Under the pieces are notes generated by a model. The model saw only the letters and a list, made by a program, of their open reading frames with translations, did not search any database and was not told where the DNA came from. Position numbers and translations under genes: made by a program. From NCBI GenBank assembly GCA_007120485.1, contig SKNP01000165.1, positions 1-32,384 on the forward strand: DNA of 32,384 nt. Direction: 5' to 3'. Numbering within the stretch: the stretch's first letter is position 1; every line of letters starts with the position of its first letter. Of the stretch, positions 9,191 to 17,853 are shown piece after piece. The stretch is from Nitriliruptoraceae bacterium (GTDB taxonomy: Bacteria > Actinomycetota > Nitriliruptoria > Nitriliruptorales > Nitriliruptoraceae).

Positions 9191-10098
9191 TCGGTCCCCC
9201 GACGGTCGTCCAACCGCGGGTCGAGCCGGTCACGCAGGCCGTCCCCGAGGAGGTTGAAGCCGAGCACGGCCAAGGCGATCGCCAGGCCGGGGGCGACCGC
9301 CTGCGCCGGACGGACCGCCACCAGCTCCTGCGCCTCCTGCAGCATCCGGCCCCACGACGGGGTCGGTGGCTGCGTCCCGAACCCGAGGAACGACAGGGCC
9401 GCCTCGGCGAGCACCGCGATGGCGAACGACACCGACGCCTGGACGATCACCAGCCCGGAGATGTTGGGCAGCACGTGCCGCACGGCGATCGCCAGCTTGG
9501 TCCGACCGGCCGATCGCGCCGCCAACACGTAGTCGCTGGAGAGCACCTGCAACGTCCCGCTGCGGGCGACGCGAGCGAACACCGGGATCGTGGCGATCCC
9601 GATCGCGACCATCGCGGTCAGCGTGCTCGAGCCATACACCGCGCCGAACATCACCGCCAGCAGCAGCGCGGGGAACGCCAGCAGCAGATCGTTGAACCGC
9701 ATCACGACCTCGCCGAGCACCCGCGGGCTGGAGCCCATCAGCACCCCGAGCGGGGTACCGATCAGCCCCGCGATCCCGACCGCCACCACCCCGACCAGCA
9801 ACGTGGTGCGTGCGCCGTACATCAGCCGGCTGAACACGTCGCGGCCGAACCGGTCGGTCCCGAACCAGAACTCCCCGCTGGGGCCCTGCAGCCGCTGCGC
9901 GCCCTGGACCAGCAGCGGGTCGTGCGGCGTCCAGACGAACGACAGCAACGCGACCACGACGATGGAGGCGACCAACGTCGCGCCGACCAGCAGCGACGCC
10001 GGCAAGCTCCGACGCGACCTCGTGATGCCCGGCGGGGCGTCCTCCCCGGGCACGGGCACCTGCCCGGAGGGTCCGCTCAGCGGCTGCGGCCCGCTCAT
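9187..10098 (-). CDS. Opp/Dpp-type ABC permease (OppC/DppC-like)
   Basis: FGTDRFGRDVFSRL, EAA-like loop YVLAARSAG...HVLPN, LSFLGFG...PSWG. ATGA coupling at 10098. Confidence 0.94.
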   Translation of the reverse strand: MSGPQPLSGPSGQVPVPGEDAPPGITRSRRSLPASLLVGATLVASIVVVALLSFVWTPHDPLLVQGAQRLQGPSGEFWFGTDRFGRDVFSRLMYGARTTLLVGVVAVGIAGLIGTPLGVLMGSSPRVLGEVVMRFNDLLLAFPALLLAVMFGAVYGSSTLTAMVAIGIATIPVFARVARSGTLQVLSSDYVLAARSAGRTKLAIAVRHVLPNISGLVIVQASVSFAIAVLAEAALSFLGFGTQPPTPSWGRMLQEAQELVAVRPAQAVAPGLAIALAVLGFNLLGDGLRDRLDPRLDDRRGTE

Positions 10099-11042
10099 GC
10101 GGCCGCCCGCAGCCGTGGGTCGAGCGCGGTGTAGAGCACGTCGACGAGGTAGTTGAGCACCAGCACCGCCAGGACCAGCACCATCACCACGCCCTGGACC
10201 AGCAACAGGTCGCGGTTGGCGACGCCGTCCAGCAGCAGGCTGCCGAGGCCGGGGATGACGAACACCCGCTCGACGACGACGGCGCCGACCAGCAGCACGG
10301 CCAGCTGCAACCCGAGGATGGTGACGACCGGCACCGCCGCGTTGCGCAGCCCGTGGCGGACCAGCGCCCGTGCCGGGGTGAGCCCCTTGGCACGAGCGGT
10401 GCGCAGGAAGTCCTCCCGCAGCACGTTGAGCACGGTCGAGCGGACGTAGCGGGCGAGGACCGCCCCCTCGATGATGCCGAGCGCCAGGGCTGGCAGCAGC
10501 AGACGCCGCAGGAACTCGATCGGGTCCTGAGCTGGTGGCACCCAGCCACCGGCGGGCAGCAGCCGCCAGCTGACCGCGACCAGCCCGATCAGCAGGATGC
10601 CGGCCAGGAAGTTGGGGATGGCGATACCGACCTGGCTGACCCCGGCCAGCACCGTCCCGAGCGGTCGCCGGTGGTGCACCGCCGAGAGGGTGCCCAGCGG
10701 CACCGCGATCACCAGCGCCACCAGCATCCCGGCGCCGACCAACCACAGGCTGACCATGAGCCGATCGATGATCAGCGGACCGATGGTCGCACCGGTGACG
10801 TAGGACACCCCGAAGTCGCCGACGAACAGCCCGCCGATCCAGTCGAGGTACTGGACGGTGAGCGGCCGGTCGGTCCCGAAGCGTTCCTGCATCTCGGCCA
10901 CGGCCTCGGGGGTCGCCCCCGTGCCGAGAGCGACCTGAGCCGGATCACCCGGCAGGACCGACAGGAACCAGAAGACCATCGCCGACGCCAGCCCGAGGCT
11001 GACGAGCAGCACGAGGGTTCGTTTGGTCAGTTGGACCAGCAT
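10095..11042 (-). CDS. Opp/Dpp-type ABC permease (OppB/DppB-like)
   Basis: LPGDPA, GDFGVSY, EDFLRTARAKGL...HGLRNA, VERVFVIPGLG, LYTALDPR. Confidence 0.95.
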   Translation of the reverse strand: MLVQLTKRTLVLLVSLGLASAMVFWFLSVLPGDPAQVALGTGATPEAVAEMQERFGTDRPLTVQYLDWIGGLFVGDFGVSYVTGATIGPLIIDRLMVSLWLVGAGMLVALVIAVPLGTLSAVHHRRPLGTVLAGVSQVGIAIPNFLAGILLIGLVAVSWRLLPAGGWVPPAQDPIEFLRRLLLPALALGIIEGAVLARYVRSTVLNVLREDFLRTARAKGLTPARALVRHGLRNAAVPVVTILGLQLAVLLVGAVVVERVFVIPGLGSLLLDGVANRDLLLVQGVVMVLVLAVLVLNYLVDVLYTALDPRLRAAA

Positions 11043-11061
11043 CGGCGGGCGGCCAGGTCGA

Positions 11062-12657
11062 TCACGTGCGTTCCAACACCGTCAGGTCGAACATCTCGCC
11101 GACGTTGTTCTCCGGCACACCGCCGACGCGCTCGTTGGCGACCATCAGGTTCGGGGCGAGGAACAGCCAGTCGCTGGCGGCATCCTCGGAGATGATCCGG
11201 GCCACCTCGCGGTAGTTCTCCTCGAACGTCTCCTCGTCACCGCGGTCGGCTTCCGCGAGCAGGTCCTGGACCTCCGGGTTGTCGTACGCCCAGTAGAAGT
11301 CGGGGTTGCCGTACTGCGCGATGTCCCGCGGTTCGACGTGGTTGATGACCGACATGTCGTAGTCGCCCTCGGTGAACACCTCGTCGAGCCAGACGGCCGG
11401 GAACTCCAGCAGGTCGATCTCCGCGTCGATGCCGACGGCAGCCAGCTGCGACTGCACCGTCTGCGCCGCGTTGACGGCGTACGGCAGGTTCGGGACCCGG
11501 AAGTCGAGCTCGAGGTCGGCCGCACCGGCCTCCTCCAGCAAGGCTTCGGCGGCCTGAGGGTCGTAGGGATGGACGTCGGTGAGGTCCTCGTACCACGGGT
11601 CGGTCGGTGGGACCATCGAGCCGATCAACTCGCCGTAGCCACCCCAGGAGGTCTCGATGACCGACTCGCGGTCGATCGCCTGGCGGATCGCCTGGCGGAC
11701 GCGCTGGTCCTCGAACACCTCACGGTCGTGGTTGAACGACAGGACGACCTGGCCCTCGCTGGTGCCTTCGATGATCTCGAACCGGTCGTCGTCCTCGAAC
11801 TGGGACAAGCCCTCCGGCGCCTGCACCGTGCCGATCAGGTCGATGTCGTCGGCGAGCATGGCGTTGTTGAGCGCGTTGGGGTCGGCGAAGTACCGCAGGG
11901 ACACATCGTCGAACTCCGGCGCCTCGCCCCAGTAGTCCTCGTTGCTGACCAGGTCGATGCGGTCGCCACGAGCGAAGTCGTCGACCAGGTAGGGGCCGGT
12001 ACCGATCGCCTCCTCGTCCAACCCGTCCACGCCGTCCGGGGAGAACATCGCACCGATCCGCGTCGTCATGCTGAACAACCAGTTGTTGGACGGCTCCGCC
12101 AGGGTCACCCGGGCGTGCAGGTCGTCGACCACCTCGACGTCCTCGACGATGTCCATCTGGCTGGCCAGCCCGATCGTCCAGTCCTCCTGCACCCGTTCGA
12201 TCGAGAACGCGACCGCCTCCGCATCGAACGGATCACCGTTGGAGAAGGTCACCCCCTCCTCGAGGAAGAAGTCGTAGACGGTGTTGTCGTCGCTGACCTC
12301 GTAGCTCTCGGCGAGGACGGGGACGATCTCCCCGTCCTGGTCGATCTTGACCAGCGGCTCGTACACGTTGACCAGCAACGCCTCGGGGATCGCCGCGCCG
12401 TCGTCGGTGGAGAAGTCCAGGCTGGCCGGTTCCGCCGCGAACCCGATCGACAGGCCAGCGACGTCCGCACCGTTGTCGTCCGCCTCGTCCTCGTCGACGT
12501 CGTCGGTGTCGTCGGCCGGATCGTCGTCGGGCTCCTCGTCGACGTCGTCCGCCGGGTCGGCCGTGTCATCCGGATCGACGGTGTCGCCGGCGTCGCACGC
12601 CGCCAGGACCAGTGCGAACACCAGCCCGCCCAGGATCGTCCTCGTGAACCTCGCCAC
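11062..12657 (-). CDS. ABC substrate-binding lipoprotein, family 5 (OppA/DppA-like), very acidic
   Basis: GTG 12657 follows SD GAGGGAG. Lipobox LAAC, Asp/Glu-rich linker, family-5 motifs PVLAESY..., GVTFSNG.PFDAE.V.FS and GTGPY. Confidence 0.94.
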   Translation of the reverse strand: MARFTRTILGGLVFALVLAACDAGDTVDPDDTADPADDVDEEPDDDPADDTDDVDEDEADDNGADVAGLSIGFAAEPASLDFSTDDGAAIPEALLVNVYEPLVKIDQDGEIVPVLAESYEVSDDNTVYDFFLEEGVTFSNGDPFDAEAVAFSIERVQEDWTIGLASQMDIVEDVEVVDDLHARVTLAEPSNNWLFSMTTRIGAMFSPDGVDGLDEEAIGTGPYLVDDFARGDRIDLVSNEDYWGEAPEFDDVSLRYFADPNALNNAMLADDIDLIGTVQAPEGLSQFEDDDRFEIIEGTSEGQVVLSFNHDREVFEDQRVRQAIRQAIDRESVIETSWGGYGELIGSMVPPTDPWYEDLTDVHPYDPQAAEALLEEAGAADLELDFRVPNLPYAVNAAQTVQSQLAAVGIDAEIDLLEFPAVWLDEVFTEGDYDMSVINHVEPRDIAQYGNPDFYWAYDNPEVQDLLAEADRGDEETFEENYREVARIISEDAASDWLFLAPNLMVANERVGGVPENNVGEMFDLTVLERT

Positions 12658-12875
12658 GGTTGCACTCCCTCGCTCTCGAACTTCGTCGCGACGCCCGTCG
12701 CCCCGAAGCGAACGGTTCGCGGCCACCCCGCGGCGACCCTGCGACCGTAGTCGTTGGACCGACGAGCGTGGCATACGGCCCAACCAACGGCAACGGAGCG
12801 GACCGGACGGGCGACGTCCGGTGGGCGTCGCGCATCGGCGACGCCGGGCACCAGGTGCCTTGGTAGCGTCCGACC

Positions 12876-13724
12876 ATGACCGAGGATCCGCTGGCCAGCA
12901 ACCTGGCGAACTGGGAGTCGAGGGTCCCGGTCCACGTCGCCTCGGACGCCTACGACCTCGACCGGTTCGTCACCGATCCGCACCACCTCTCGGGGGTCGT
13001 CCGCGACGATGCCGCGGCGCTCGGTGACCTCACCGGCTCGCGTGTCGCCCACCTGCAGTGCCACATCGGGACCGACACGGTGTCCCTGGCCCGCCTGGGC
13101 GCCGAGGTGGTCGGGTTGGACTTCTCGCCGTCGGCGCTGTTGGTCGCCCGCGACCTGGCGGCGCGCGCCGGAGCGGACGCGCGTTTCATCGAGGCGGACG
13201 TGCGCCACGCCGCGGCCGCGTTGGGCACCGGCTACGACCTGGTCTACACCACGGTCGGTGTCGTTGGGTGGGTCCCGTCGATGGCCGCCTGGGCGGACCA
13301 GGTGGCCTCGCTGCTGGCGCCGGGTGGCCGGCTGTACCTGCGCGACGCGCACCCGATGCTGCTGACCCTGGACGAGACCCGCGAGGACCAGCGCCTGGTG
13401 GTCACCCACCCGTACTTCGGCGACGGCCGGCCGCAACGGTGGGAGGACGAGACCAGCTACACCGGGGACGCGTCCGCGATCAGTAGCCCGGTGCACTACG
13501 AGTGGCACCATCCGCTCAGCGAGATCGTCCAGGCCGTGCTCGACGCGGGGCTTCGTCTGACCCGGTTCGTCGAGCAGGACACCCTCGACTGGGCGTTCGC
13601 GCCGTGGATGGAGACCGACGGCCACGGCCGGTACCGGCTCCCCGAGCACCAGCGTCCGTTGGTGCCGACGCAGTTCACGCTGGAGGCGGTTGCACCGGAC
13701 GGATCCGAGCGCGCCGGGGGCTGA
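12876..13724 (+). CDS. Class I SAM-dependent methyltransferase
   Basis: HLQCHIGTDT motif-I variant, GLDFS, LAPGGRLY. A -10-like TAGCGT ends 6 nt before the ATG. Confidence 0.88.
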   Translation: MTEDPLASNLANWESRVPVHVASDAYDLDRFVTDPHHLSGVVRDDAAALGDLTGSRVAHLQCHIGTDTVSLARLGAEVVGLDFSPSALLVARDLAARAGADARFIEADVRHAAAALGTGYDLVYTTVGVVGWVPSMAAWADQVASLLAPGGRLYLRDAHPMLLTLDETREDQRLVVTHPYFGDGRPQRWEDETSYTGDASAISSPVHYEWHHPLSEIVQAVLDAGLRLTRFVEQDTLDWAFAPWMETDGHGRYRLPEHQRPLVPTQFTLEAVAPDGSERAGG

Positions 13725-13732
13725 CCCGCCGT

Positions 13733-14158
13733 TCAGCCCTCGTCGGGGTCGCCGGACGGACCCGGATCGTCGGAGGACGTCTCCGTGCGGCTGGAGCCGT
13801 TCGGCACATCGGGGTCGTGCTCCTCATCGGGCTCCCGCGGCACATCGGGGTCGCGCTCCTCATCGGGCTCCCGCGGGACATCGGGGTCGCGCTCGAGCCA
13901 CTCCCGGTAGAGGCGGCGCTCCGAGCGCAACCACGGGTACAGCGGTGCGACGACGATCACGACCAGCACCAGCGGCGAGACCGGCGGCACCCCGAACACG
14001 GCGGCGAACACACCGGCCAATCCCCCCGCTACGACGACCGTGGTCACCAGGGGCCCACGCATCGCCAGACGCAGCACCGAGGTGGGGCCACCGTCGACGT
14101 CCCACTGCCGGAAACGGACGCGACGCAGGAGCCCCGTGAGGCGGTCCACGAGCACCAT
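13733..14158 (-). CDS. Small hypothetical membrane protein with an acidic repeated tail
   Basis: SD-like GGAGAGG before the ATG; two hydrophobic segments; ERDPDVPREPDE repeats. Confidence 0.6.
   Translation of the reverse strand: MVLVDRLTGLLRRVRFRQWDVDGGPTSVLRLAMRGPLVTTVVVAGGLAGVFAAVFGVPPVSPLVLVVIVVAPLYPWLRSERRLYREWLERDPDVPREPDEERDPDVPREPDEEHDPDVPNGSSRTETSSDDPGPSGDPDEG
13803..13894. repeat. 36-bp tandem repeat, about 2.5 copies
   Basis: Unit ggcacatcggggtcgYgctcctcatcgggctcccgc at 13803 and 13839, partial copy at 13875. Confidence 0.9.
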
Positions 14159-14305
14159 CCTCGCCTCTCCGGTCGTCCGACGTTGCTCGGGGCAAGGTAG
14201 GGACCGACCGGGGGGTCATGCCCACCCATCGAGGCAGCCAAGCGGGGCCCCGACCGGCTGCTCGCGGGTTACCGTACGTCGCCTGCGGACGGCGGACGGG
14301 AGGCC

Positions 14306-15613
14306 ATGGCCGGAACGGACACCACGACCGAAGCCGAGGAGGCCTACTCCTACCGCCAGATCTGGTGGATCGGGTTCGGGTTCCTCGGCGTCATGCTGGT
14401 CTTCTCCAAGTACAACGCGTTCCTGCCGATCCTCTACGAGGAGTTCATCTCCAGCCGGACGGTCATCGGGCTGCTGATGGGCACCGACAACCTCGTCGGT
14501 CTGCTGTTGATCCCGATCATCGGCGCCTGGTCGGACCGGTTGTCCCACCCGATGGGCCGTCGGCTGCCGTTCATCGTCATCGCGGCCCCGATCGGCGCGC
14601 TGACCTTCGCGGGCATCCCGTTCGCCGCGTCCGCGCTGTGGTCACTGATCGTCGTCGAGGTGCTGTTCACCGCCGCGATGCACAGCTACCGCGGCCCGGT
14701 GATCAGCCTGCTCCCCGACCACTGCCCGCCCGAACGCCGCTCCACCGGCAACGGGATCATCAACCTGATGGGCGGCATCGGCGCGCTGATCAGCTTCGCG
14801 GGTCTGAGCTTGCTCTACGACGTCGACCCGCGGCTGTCGTTCGGGCTCGGCGCCCTGGCCCTGCTGCTGACCAGCCTCATCGTGCTGCGCAAGGCCGACC
14901 GGCACCCGCCGTACGTCGACGCGACCACCGACACCCACCCGAGCCCGCTCCGTGACACGATCGGTGGCGTCCGACTCCTGGCGCGGCGACCCAACCGAGG
15001 CCAGCTCTACATCCTCGCGGCGATGCTCGCCTACTACATCGGCTTCGCCGGCCTCGATGCGATGTTCCCGCTCTACGCCGTCAACGAGCTCGGACTCACC
15101 CCCGGTCGGGCGGCGTTCATCCTCACCGCGTTCGTCGGATCGTTCCTGGCGTTGGCGCTGTTCGCGGGCATGATCGGGACGCGCTTCGGCAAGATCCCCG
15201 CGATGCTCACCGGCCTGGCCATCCTGCCGCTGCTGTTCCTGGCTGCGGCGCCGGTGCGGTCGATCCCGGTCCTGATCGGCATCTTCGTCGTCGGCGGGTT
15301 CGCCTGGGGGCTGGTCAACGTCCAGGCCATGCCGCTGGTGGCAGACCTGGGGGGACGCAACCGCATCGGGTTCTTCGTCGGGTTGTACTACCTGTTCACG
15401 ATGGTCGGCCAGATGCTCGGCGGTCCCGTCATCGGGGGCGCGATGGACCTGTTCGGCGATCAGGGCCTGTTCTACGGCGGTGCGGCGGCGTACGCGCTCG
15501 GGTTCGTCCTGTTGCGCCGCGGTCAGCAGCTGTTGCCGGACGATCCGGAAGCGATCGCGCGCCGCGAGGTCGCGTTGCCTACCGACGAACCCGCCGATCA
15601 CGGCACGGTCTGA
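14306..15613 (+). CDS. MFS transporter (GPH/maltose-sucrose transporter-like)
   Basis: About 12 hydrophobic segments; GAWSDR...GRRLPF motif; SD GGGAGG. Confidence 0.9.
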   Translation: MAGTDTTTEAEEAYSYRQIWWIGFGFLGVMLVFSKYNAFLPILYEEFISSRTVIGLLMGTDNLVGLLLIPIIGAWSDRLSHPMGRRLPFIVIAAPIGALTFAGIPFAASALWSLIVVEVLFTAAMHSYRGPVISLLPDHCPPERRSTGNGIINLMGGIGALISFAGLSLLYDVDPRLSFGLGALALLLTSLIVLRKADRHPPYVDATTDTHPSPLRDTIGGVRLLARRPNRGQLYILAAMLAYYIGFAGLDAMFPLYAVNELGLTPGRAAFILTAFVGSFLALALFAGMIGTRFGKIPAMLTGLAILPLLFLAAAPVRSIPVLIGIFVVGGFAWGLVNVQAMPLVADLGGRNRIGFFVGLYYLFTMVGQMLGGPVIGGAMDLFGDQGLFYGGAAAYALGFVLLRRGQQLLPDDPEAIARREVALPTDEPADHGTV

Positions 15614-15682
15614 CCGCTGGCCAGCTCCGGCCGAACGACACGGACGAACCTCGCGTCCTGCGTGTCGGGTCGTGGCCGCAGG

Positions 15683-16426
15683 TCAGGCCCGCAGGTCGGC
15701 CGCGCTCAACTCACCGGCAACCACGGCCCGGGCGACATCGCTGAGCTTGTGGTTGGCGTTGCGCGCGTGTCCTCGGAGCCGCGCGAACGCCTCTTCCATG
15801 GGCAGCTTCGCCTGCTCGGAGACGATGCCCTTGGCCTGCTCGATACCGATCCGGCTGTGCAGGGCCCCCTGGAGCTGCTCGGTCACCGTGTGCGCACGGT
15901 CCAACTGACGTTGCTGGAGCAGTCCGATGGTGGCCACGTCAGCCATCGCCTGGACCACCGCGAGGTCCGATTCGTCGAGGCCGCCGACCTCGGTCCTGAA
16001 GAGGTTCATCGCACCCAGGATCTCCCCACGGAGCCGGAGCGGCACCGCTTGCGCCGAACGGAAGCCGGTCGCGAGGGCTCGGTCGACGAACAGCGGCCAG
16101 CGGTGTCGAGCGTCGGCGAGGTCGTCGACCGCGATCGCTTCACCGGTGGTGAAGCAGTCCTGGCACGGCCCTTCGCGGTTCTGGACCTGGAAGAGCTCGA
16201 GCAGGTGGCTGCGCTCGTCCGACGAGGCCATGAACCGCAGAGCGCCGGTCTCGTCGGCGAGCAGGATGCCGACCTCCGAGGCGATGCTCACCTCCACGAC
16301 CCGCTCACTGAGCATCGAGAGGAACTCGACGACGTCGAAGTCCTCGACGAGCGTGTCCGCGAGGTCGACGAAGGTGTCGACGAGGCGGTGTTGGAGCCCG
16401 GTGCGGATATCGCTGGACGGATCCAT
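15683..16426 (-). CDS. GAF and ANTAR domain protein
   Basis: FVDLADTLVEDFDV N-terminus, GAF (EGPCQDC, AVPLRLRGEILGAMNLF), ANTAR (ALHSRIGIEQAKGIV...AFARLRGHAR). Confidence 0.92.
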   Translation of the reverse strand: MDPSSDIRTGLQHRLVDTFVDLADTLVEDFDVVEFLSMLSERVVEVSIASEVGILLADETGALRFMASSDERSHLLELFQVQNREGPCQDCFTTGEAIAVDDLADARHRWPLFVDRALATGFRSAQAVPLRLRGEILGAMNLFRTEVGGLDESDLAVVQAMADVATIGLLQQRQLDRAHTVTEQLQGALHSRIGIEQAKGIVSEQAKLPMEEAFARLRGHARNANHKLSDVARAVVAGELSAADLRA

Positions 16427-16447
16427 CGCGGCTACTTCCCTGGACGC

Positions 16448-16468
16448 GCAGCCGGCGAAGCCGGCTGC
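16448..16468. other. Perfect 9-bp-stem inverted repeat between the two GAF-ANTAR genes
   Basis: gcagccggc-gaa-gccggctgc; no U-tract; about 22 nt upstream of the 16426 ATG. Confidence 0.6.
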
Positions 16469-16505
16469 TCCGAGGTTACGGGGCGAGGTGTCGCGCGGCG
16501 AGCGA

Positions 16506-17198
16506 TCACGTCGGGTCGTCCATCCGCAGCCGGTGGCTGATCACGTCGGTGGCGACGTCGTGGAGCGAACGATCAGCGGCGTAGGCGGAGGCGCGGAGCA
16601 CCGCCAGAGCAGCCTGGACGGAGATGCCGAGCTGCACCGACACCATCCCACTGGCCTGGTGGATCTGCGCGCTGTCGTCGACCTGCTCTGCGAGCAACCG
16701 ATCGAGGTCGTCCTCAGCCCCTCCGGCTTGCAGCGACAGGAACAGGTCGAGTGCGAGGCGCGCGATGACCAGCGCATCGGCGTACTGGTCATCGGTGAGG
16801 TCAGCGGCCCGATCCCGACACAGCGTGAGCGCACCGACCCGGACCGTGCCGCGGTGCAGTGGGAACGCGAACGTCGCCGCGATGCCCGCCCCGATCGCGG
16901 CCGGCCCGAACGCCACCCAGGTGGTGTCATTCGCGAGGTCGGGGACGAGGACCGGCACGCCGCGCTGGTACGCGAGGTAGGCCGGGCCTTCCCCGAGGTC
17001 GGCCTGCAACCGCTCGACACGATGGCCGAGGTCGTTGGCCGCGACGGTCTGCAGCTCACCGTCGCCGATCTCGAGCGCCAAGCCGACGCCACGGGCGTCC
17101 AGCAGGACCGATGCTCCCGCGCACAGGCGTTCCGGTAGCGGTGCCGGCGCCTGCCCCGCGAGGGCGTCGAGGACCCGGACGAGCCGATCACCGCGCAC
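16506..17198 (-). CDS. GAF and ANTAR domain protein
   Basis: GTG 17198 follows SD GGAGG. LGEGP, FAFPL, and ANTAR IHQASGMVSVQLG...ALAVLRASAY. Confidence 0.9.
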   Translation of the reverse strand: MRGDRLVRVLDALAGQAPAPLPERLCAGASVLLDARGVGLALEIGDGELQTVAANDLGHRVERLQADLGEGPAYLAYQRGVPVLVPDLANDTTWVAFGPAAIGAGIAATFAFPLHRGTVRVGALTLCRDRAADLTDDQYADALVIARLALDLFLSLQAGGAEDDLDRLLAEQVDDSAQIHQASGMVSVQLGISVQAALAVLRASAYAADRSLHDVATDVISHRLRMDDPT

Positions 17199-17377
17199 CT
17201 CACACCTCCGAGGCACGGCATGGTCGTGCCGCCGCCGTACCGGTGCGAGCGATGATGGCATCCGATCCGAGCGTGACGATCGCCTGGTGGTGATGGGGCG
17301 CCGGGGACCGAAGCGCTGGCGAGTGACCATCACGAAGCTACACGGTCGGGCCCACCTTGCCCGCCAACGGGGAGCGC

Positions 17378-17779
17378 TCAGCTGCCGCCGGTCGGCAGCC
17401 CGGTCGACGCGAGTTCGTCGAAGCCACCGGCGTCGTACACCTCCTCGAAGCCGAGGTCGTCCATGACCTCGGCGGCCACGGCGCTGCGGTTCCCGGTCCG
17501 GCAGTAGATGACGTACGCGCCGGACGGGTCGAACCCGGCGATCCGATCCTCGAACCGCGGCGCCTGGATGTCGACCAGTTCGGCGCTGGCGAGGTGGCCC
17601 GAGGCGTACTCCTCCGGGGTGCGCACGTCGATGATGGTGAGGTCGTCACGGTCATCGAGCAGCGCGACGGCCCCTTGCGCGTCGATGACCTGCGGGCTGT
17701 CCTCGGCGGCCGCGGATCCGCTGCACCCAACGGCGGCGAGCAGCAGGGCGAGCGTCGCGAACAGGGTGGCTGACCGCAT
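17378..17779 (-). CDS. Rhodanese-domain lipoprotein (single-domain sulfurtransferase)
   Basis: Signal peptide with lipobox AVGC; IDVRTPEEY..GHL; active-site loop YCRTGNRS; SD GGAGG. Confidence 0.92.
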   Translation of the reverse strand: MRSATLFATLALLLAAVGCSGSAAAEDSPQVIDAQGAVALLDDRDDLTIIDVRTPEEYASGHLASAELVDIQAPRFEDRIAGFDPSGAYVIYCRTGNRSAVAAEVMDDLGFEEVYDAGGFDELASTGLPTGGS

Positions 17780-17837
17780 GGGTCCCTCCGGTGGAGCCGT
17801 CGGGGTGGCCGGCTGGGCCGTTCATAGGGTACCGGAT

Positions 17838-17853
17838 ATGTCCGGACATTCTA
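17838..17853 (-). promoter_or_regulatory. Putative -10 (TAGAAT) overlapping a perfect palindrome ATGTCCGGACAT, a candidate GntR/HutC-type operator for the rhodanese gene
   Basis: Palindrome at 17838-17849. TAGAAT on the minus strand (17853-17848) uses the GntR stop codon. GT-N4-AC fits the general GntR operator pattern. Confidence 0.6.

Noticed and set aside
12658..12800. Riboswitch in the ABC operon leader
   Set aside because: GC-rich stems are possible, but I recognised no aptamer consensus; an Rfam scan would be needed.
13803..13894. 36-bp repeats as a CRISPR array
   Set aside because: Units are contiguous with no spacers, lie in a coding frame, and no cas genes are nearby.
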